Source: Massalongia carnosa (lineage: Eukaryota). From it: a stretch of DNA of 64,000 bases. The notes under the pieces were generated by a model, which saw only the letters and a program-made list of their open reading frames with translations, did not search any database and was not told where the DNA came from. Location of the stretch: assembly GCA_965645245.1 (NCBI GenBank), contig OZ287069.1, positions 62,001-126,000 on the forward strand, in the 5' to 3' direction. Below are positions 59,171 to 64,000 of the stretch, in pieces (position 1 is the stretch's first letter; every line of letters begins with the position of its first letter). A program made the translations under genes and the position numbers.

Positions 59171-60488
59171 GACTGGATTCTGAAAATAGGAAAGCTTAAT
59201 TCCCTGATTCGAAACGTTCTGGAAGTTCTAGAATTTGGATCGGTTTAGATTCGCACAAACGATCAATCTGGAAAGTTACTGAAACGGGTTTTCACCCTAT
59301 CTGGAAGAAAGTTGCTGGATGGGACCTCGTCCCTACTGGAAGTTCTAGAAGAAAGAATACTAATAGGTAGATAAATTGTGTAAGGAAGCTGTCGTCGATT
59401 CTAATCAACCGCTATTAAACTAAAATTTATCTACAAAAGAAGAAAAGAATTATTGTGCGCGACTCGCTAGAAATATCTGCACCGAGTGTCGCGCTAGCCT
59501 CGTGTGCTCCCGTGATCCCCACTTCCATCTCAGTCTTATGTCAGGCTAGAACCCTGACAGCGATCTTGAAGATAATTATTATGAGACTTTCGCAGCGGCA
59601 CAATTGTCCTTCTCTAGCTTCTTGAGTGGAGGTGATGTGCGGCCTGCTAGGTCAGAAACCTCTACGTGGTGCAGGCTATAAACACTTCCTCGGAGGTGGC
59701 CAATATCTGATCATCGCCAACGCGGAAGCCCACCTTGGTGGCCGTTTGAATGATCAACGTCTCTACTGATCATTCCTCACTTCGAAGGCATACAAAGCCC
59801 ATTCATTCGGAATGGCCACGCCCCTCAGGCGGAAGCCTCTCACCACATTGAAAAAGCCCATTCATTCGGAATGACCACACTTCCACACCTTCATTTATAC
59901 GACACCACGATCTGCCCTCGATCACGGCCAGTCTTTTCTTGAGTCAAACGGTTAAAGAGAGAGAACGTTCGTCGAACGTGTGGAGATACACTGTCTAGTT
60001 CATCAAGTCTACAGGATTCCTAGCTCTTGAAGATCTGGGTGTATGCACCGCGTGGTAGAAGAACGATTTCGTTGCGTTCAATATTACCCTGGGGGCCAGG
60101 TTTCCACTTCCTGACTGTTGTTTATGTACATAAATAGCAGTCACAGCGTCATATCCTAAGGATGCATACGCTTAATGAATTAATAAAAAATAAAATAAAA
60201 AAGGAGGTGATGCGCAGCTTTGCCCAACGGACCAGAGATTTTGCTTCCGGAGAGAATTATTTCGGTTGAACCTTTATCCGATGATCTCATGCATATTTCT
60301 GTTTGGCCCTACGGTGTTTGAATTAGCTTTCGTATAACGCATCGCCGTCGTGGTCCAAGAGCTAGCTTCTTTGAATGGAGGTATTCAACGGCGCTCGTCA
60401 AACTGTCTTGTCCAAGCTAAGTGCGTGTGCGCGTGGGTATGGAAGGGTCGTGCAGGAGGCGTTTATGGAGATCAGTTCGCAACTAAAT

Positions 60489-62269
60489 TCAAGAGCTGTA
60501 CGCAAATCCCGAACTATACCTCGAAACCCTGACGGCTCTTTTTGGGGATTCAGCTCGTTTTCTTTTTTGGTTTGGGAGAACATCCTGAAGCACCCTTCCA
60601 ATATATTTTGCTCGCTCAAAGTCGATAAGCATCACCCGGCCCACTTCTCGATTCCATAGAAGGTTTGGTGGCCGTACATCCATCTGATCGATTCCTGCCC
60701 GTTGAACCTCGGCGACAGTTCGCCAGGTTTCCCGCTGTAAGCCTTTCCATCCTTTCACACTCTCATCCTCGTCGGCAAGTTCACCACCCCAAGACATTAA
60801 AAGCATGTGCAGTATCCTGACGCCCACATCAAGATAGTACCACTCGGTGAGTTCAATATTTCTCAAGCACACTGGTACCACTCTACCTTGGAGCCTCGCA
60901 AGCCGCCGATAAATATTACCCTCATGCAATAAATCAGGCACACAAGCTTGTACTGTACCTTTGCCAACGAAAACATAGCCGTGTGAAGCCAATGTAATCC
61001 TGAAAAGGGCCCCCCGTGCCCCTTGCAGGCCAAGCGGCTCGCAATTGTGGTCGAGGTCCTCGGTGAGCTGCTTTTGAACGAGATCCAGGAACGTTGACTG
61101 GTCAACCGCATGCTTCGCGCCAAGTACGGGATGGAGCGATGCATTCGGGCATTTTCTGTCCAGCGGTGATCTGCGTGTAATGCCCAACAAGCATCCTTGT
61201 GTACAGTACTGTCGCTGCATGCCGTGGCTGCTACTTGCTTGGTTTTTGTTGTTCCCACCTCCGTCTTTCTGTTGGCTGTCAGGTTTCCTTCGGCTCCTTC
61301 TAGAACCGCTCGCACTCGCTCTGGTAGTGCTCCTTGCTGGGTCGGGATCGTCCTGCCCATCATCCGGGTTTGGAGGCAGATTTCCTGGTTTGCACTTCGA
61401 CCTCAGATTATACTGGCTGGTAATGGGAACCTTCCTTCCTCCTTTGTACAGTGGTGACTTCCACACACGCTTCCTCCCTGCTGCGAGTTTTCTCTCACTT
61501 GCCGGCGTTTCCTGGAGGACGGTTTCAAGACTGTTAACTGGATATGTCTCCAATTTCTCTTTCGCCTCCCGCCGCCATCCATGAACTCTTGGTTTGGTTT
61601 TGGAAGCCATCAGACATAGACTCAATACCTGGCCGATGGCCGTTCGCGAGTAAGGGAAGTCGGACCCATCGTCGTTGATCTCGTCGGTCGGTACCGTTAC
61701 GTGATAGTAAAGAGTTGTTGGATCGTCCGCCTTTACATGAAGGAAAACAAATGCCTCTCCAGTCGTAATATAGCTGTATTCAAGCCCGTTCTCAATCATG
61801 TAATGAAAGGTTTGCGTTGCCACGGCCACAGCCACCTTGTCCGCATTGTATTGTAGCCTGGCTGCGACAGCCTCGCCCTCTTCAGTTCTCTCTTCTCGAG
61901 AGTGTTCCTGGTTTTCTCCGGTTTGGTTGAGAGGGACTGGGCTCAAGAGTCGTAGGAAAGTTTGCTTTGACGGATGAAAGATTTTAGACTCTCGAAAATA
62001 TCTCTTCCTGTTTTTCAGAAAACCCATTCCACTGACTCAACGTTTTCGGGAAGTATTTCTTCGCAGGATTGGTAAGGCCTTTAGTCGTCAAACTTTTATC
62101 GGTCTCGACGCGTAATGGTTTATGAAGATGTTCGTGGCAAGCCTGTAGAAATTCTTCGAAGGTTGTTCTCTGATTGCGCTGCCGCTCTTCTTGGGTTTCC
62201 TCTTCCGCCTTCTGCCTGTCCTCTTCCGCCTTCTGCTTGTCCTCTTCCGCCTTCTGCTTGTCCTCTTCC
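60489..62269 (-). pseudogene. Spok-like (spore-killer family) gene: coiled coil, partial nuclease-like region, Cys cluster, kinase-like domain; disrupted
   Basis: (EEDKQKA)n heptads then TTFEEFLQACHEHL..LTTKGLTNP; TQTFHYMIENGLEYSYITTGEAFVFL; YCTQGCLLG..LDRKCPN; GARGALF..GYVFVGKGT; DVRPPNLLW..MLIDFERA. Stop/frameshift near 61985. Family call from recalled domain architecture. Confidence 0.7.
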
Positions 62270-64000
62270 TGTCAAATATATAAAGGTCAAAAGGCATAAT
62301 CAGGGAATTGGGTAGATGTTGATTGTATTGTGGAGGATGTGGAAAAGTGGGAATCTATCTAAGGGGGGAGGCCACGTGTCTAGTCGGGCCGGAATAACCC
62401 TTCGGATATATCATCCTGAGTTACCACTGATGTTTAGGATTAGTTATCCTATAATTTGACACACCCCCTCAGATCTAGAAACACCGTTTATAGATCTGGA
62501 ATCAGTCCAGTATAATCCCTTATATTCCTTATCTTGATGCTTTGTCCTCTGAAACACGCCACCTGAACGCCCGATTGTGAATGCATTAGACGATTTTTCA
62601 AACTTTCCATCTTTCGTATCGAGTCCAATCTTTCTGATATGTTCACCAATCCTATCAATCTTATGAATCCCTCATGCTTCTGCCTTGATAAGGCCTTCGT
62701 CAATCCGTCCGCCGGCATCTTAGCTGTGGCCAACCATCTTATCGACACCCTACCGGCCTGATATTCCTGTCTCAACCAGTGATTATGTATGTCCACATGG
62801 CGAAGCCGAGTTTGAAGCTTCATATCCTCACTAGTTATCAAGTTGATAGTCTGTTTGTTGTCGCAGTCGATGATCACCGGTTCCTCCAGTCTCACCTTGA
62901 TGGCCTTTAACAGTCGTCTTAGATACATTGCTTCTTTGGTGGTGTCCGACAAGGCCAGCAATTCGGCCTCAGTGCTCGATGTGGTCACCGTCGCCTGTTT
63001 GCTTGCTTTCCATGCAACCGGTCCTCCGAACAGCGTCATTATATATCCTTGAGAACTTTTCCTATCCTTGTTGTCCGCGAAGGACGCGTCGCTAGCACAT
63101 AGGAACCGTTGTATCCCTTCCTCTTGTTTTCCTTCATATTGAATCGCCAGGGTTTTGGTGGCGTATAGGTATTCTAGGACTCGCATCGCTGCCTGGTGAT
63201 GTTCATCGGAAGGATTTATGGAGAATTGGGATAGTTTGGACACCGTGAATGCGATATCTGGTCTGGTGGTTATGGCTGCGAATAGGGCTGTTCCTATCCT
63301 TTGTTGATCTAAGTCAATGGACTGATGGGATGCTTTGTTTTCTGAGACTGTATATTGAGTTGATATCATAGGAGTATCTGGTAGTTTCTTATCTAGTTGA
63401 ACATCGAATTTATTAGCCATCTTATCAATATAGGCCTCTTGGGATAGCCATAGAAGTCGTTTAGACCTATCTCTTATGACTCTGATTCCTAAGAACCATT
63501 CGATTTCCCCCAGTGATTTCATGGTGTATATTGAACATAAATGCTCGATGGCTTTCAAGGCCTGACCCTCGATCGATTTGTGGTAACAAAATACCGTGTC
63601 ATCCACATAATAGAATGCTAGGATTCCGCCTCTCATCATTATACATGATTCTTGAGGTATGGCCCTAAATTCCATGGATTGAAATGTTTTTGACAGATGC
63701 TTCTGCCATAGATATGGTGACCGTCTCAGGCCGTAGAGTGCTTTTCTAAGTCTTAACACATATTTTTGTTTTAGACCACATCTCTGATTTAACCTCTTCC
63801 ACCTTTGAGCTTTACTGTCCGGAACTATACCGATTCAAGGGTGATCAGTCCTTGTCGACTAGTTCTCCAGAATGGTTTCTCACCTAGACTGGCCGCGTTT
63901 TCTCTTGGGTGTGAAGGCCTTCCTTTTACAGAAGTCATCATTTCACCAGGGGTCGCCGCTGTTTGGTCTTCTGATAGAGTCGTCCTCTTTTCAGTGCCCG
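62270..64000 (-). mobile_element. Ty1/Copia element (Copia-E), 3' end, runs off the window
   Basis: 192 bp LTR 62270-62461 with TGTCAAA...TTTGACA termini; PPT gagggggtg; RT/RNaseH ORF. Confidence 0.9.
62488..63759 (-). CDS. pol: Copia-E RT (C-terminal part) and RNase H
   Basis: KALYGL, YVDD, TRPDIAF, SDASFAD, SSTEAELL, ADGLTK; N-terminal RT motifs appear to be missing. Confidence 0.88.
   Translation of the reverse strand: MLRLRKALYGLRRSPYLWQKHLSKTFQSMEFRAIPQESCIMMRGGILAFYYVDDTVFCYHKSIEGQALKAIEHLCSIYTMKSLGEIEWFLGIRVIRDRSKRLLWLSQEAYIDKMANKFDVQLDKKLPDTPMISTQYTVSENKASHQSIDLDQQRIGTALFAAITTRPDIAFTVSKLSQFSINPSDEHHQAAMRVLEYLYATKTLAIQYEGKQEEGIQRFLCASDASFADNKDRKSSQGYIMTLFGGPVAWKASKQATVTTSSTEAELLALSDTTKEAMYLRRLLKAIKVRLEEPVIIDCDNKQTINLITSEDMKLQTRLRHVDIHNHWLRQEYQAGRVSIRWLATAKMPADGLTKALSRQKHEGFIRLIGLVNISERLDSIRKMESLKNRLMHSQSGVQVACFRGQSIKIRNIRDYTGLIPDL

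Larger units (their letters stand above)
53265..59559 (-). mobile_element. Ty3/Gypsy chromovirus (Gypsy-D), full length, 6295 bp
   Basis: 181 bp LTRs 53265-53445 and 59379-59559 (2 mismatches seen); TSD GCGAT; PPT agaagggggggatag on the minus strand. Confidence 0.95.

Noticed and set aside
59794..59878. 26 bp direct repeat aaagcccattcattcggaatg(g/a)ccac
   Set aside because: Only two copies in intergenic DNA; nothing supports a function.
62088..62297. Arg-rich 69 aa ORF as a protamine-like gene
   Set aside because: Alternative frame of the 21 bp coiled-coil repeat of the Spok-like gene, starting inside the Copia LTR.

Overview
Eukaryotic DNA, most likely a filamentous ascomycete (inferred from element families and short GT-AG introns). 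The window is almost entirely nested transposable elements, with no clearly intact host gene. A degraded Ty1/Copia element (5462-32935) acts as a scaffold carrying four insertions: a Ty3/Gypsy chromovirus in its 5' LTR, a two-gene Tc1/IS630-like DNA transposon with ~210 bp TIRs (itself hit by a 1 kb solo LTR), an intact Ngaro-type tyrosine-recombinase retrotransposon with perfect split direct repeats, and a second chromovirus (itself hit by an intact Copia). Downstream lie a 5'-truncated Tad1-like LINE, a hAT transposon, a second copy of the solo LTR, a piggyBac pseudogene, a second YR retroelement, a 901 bp TRIM, an AAA+ ATPase pseudogene and a third chromovirus. Near the end is a disrupted Spok-like (spore-killer family) gene with a Copia inserted in its coiled-coil repeat. 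Most boundaries are fixed by target-site duplications read directly from the sequence. Family assignments rest on motif recognition only; no database search was run.
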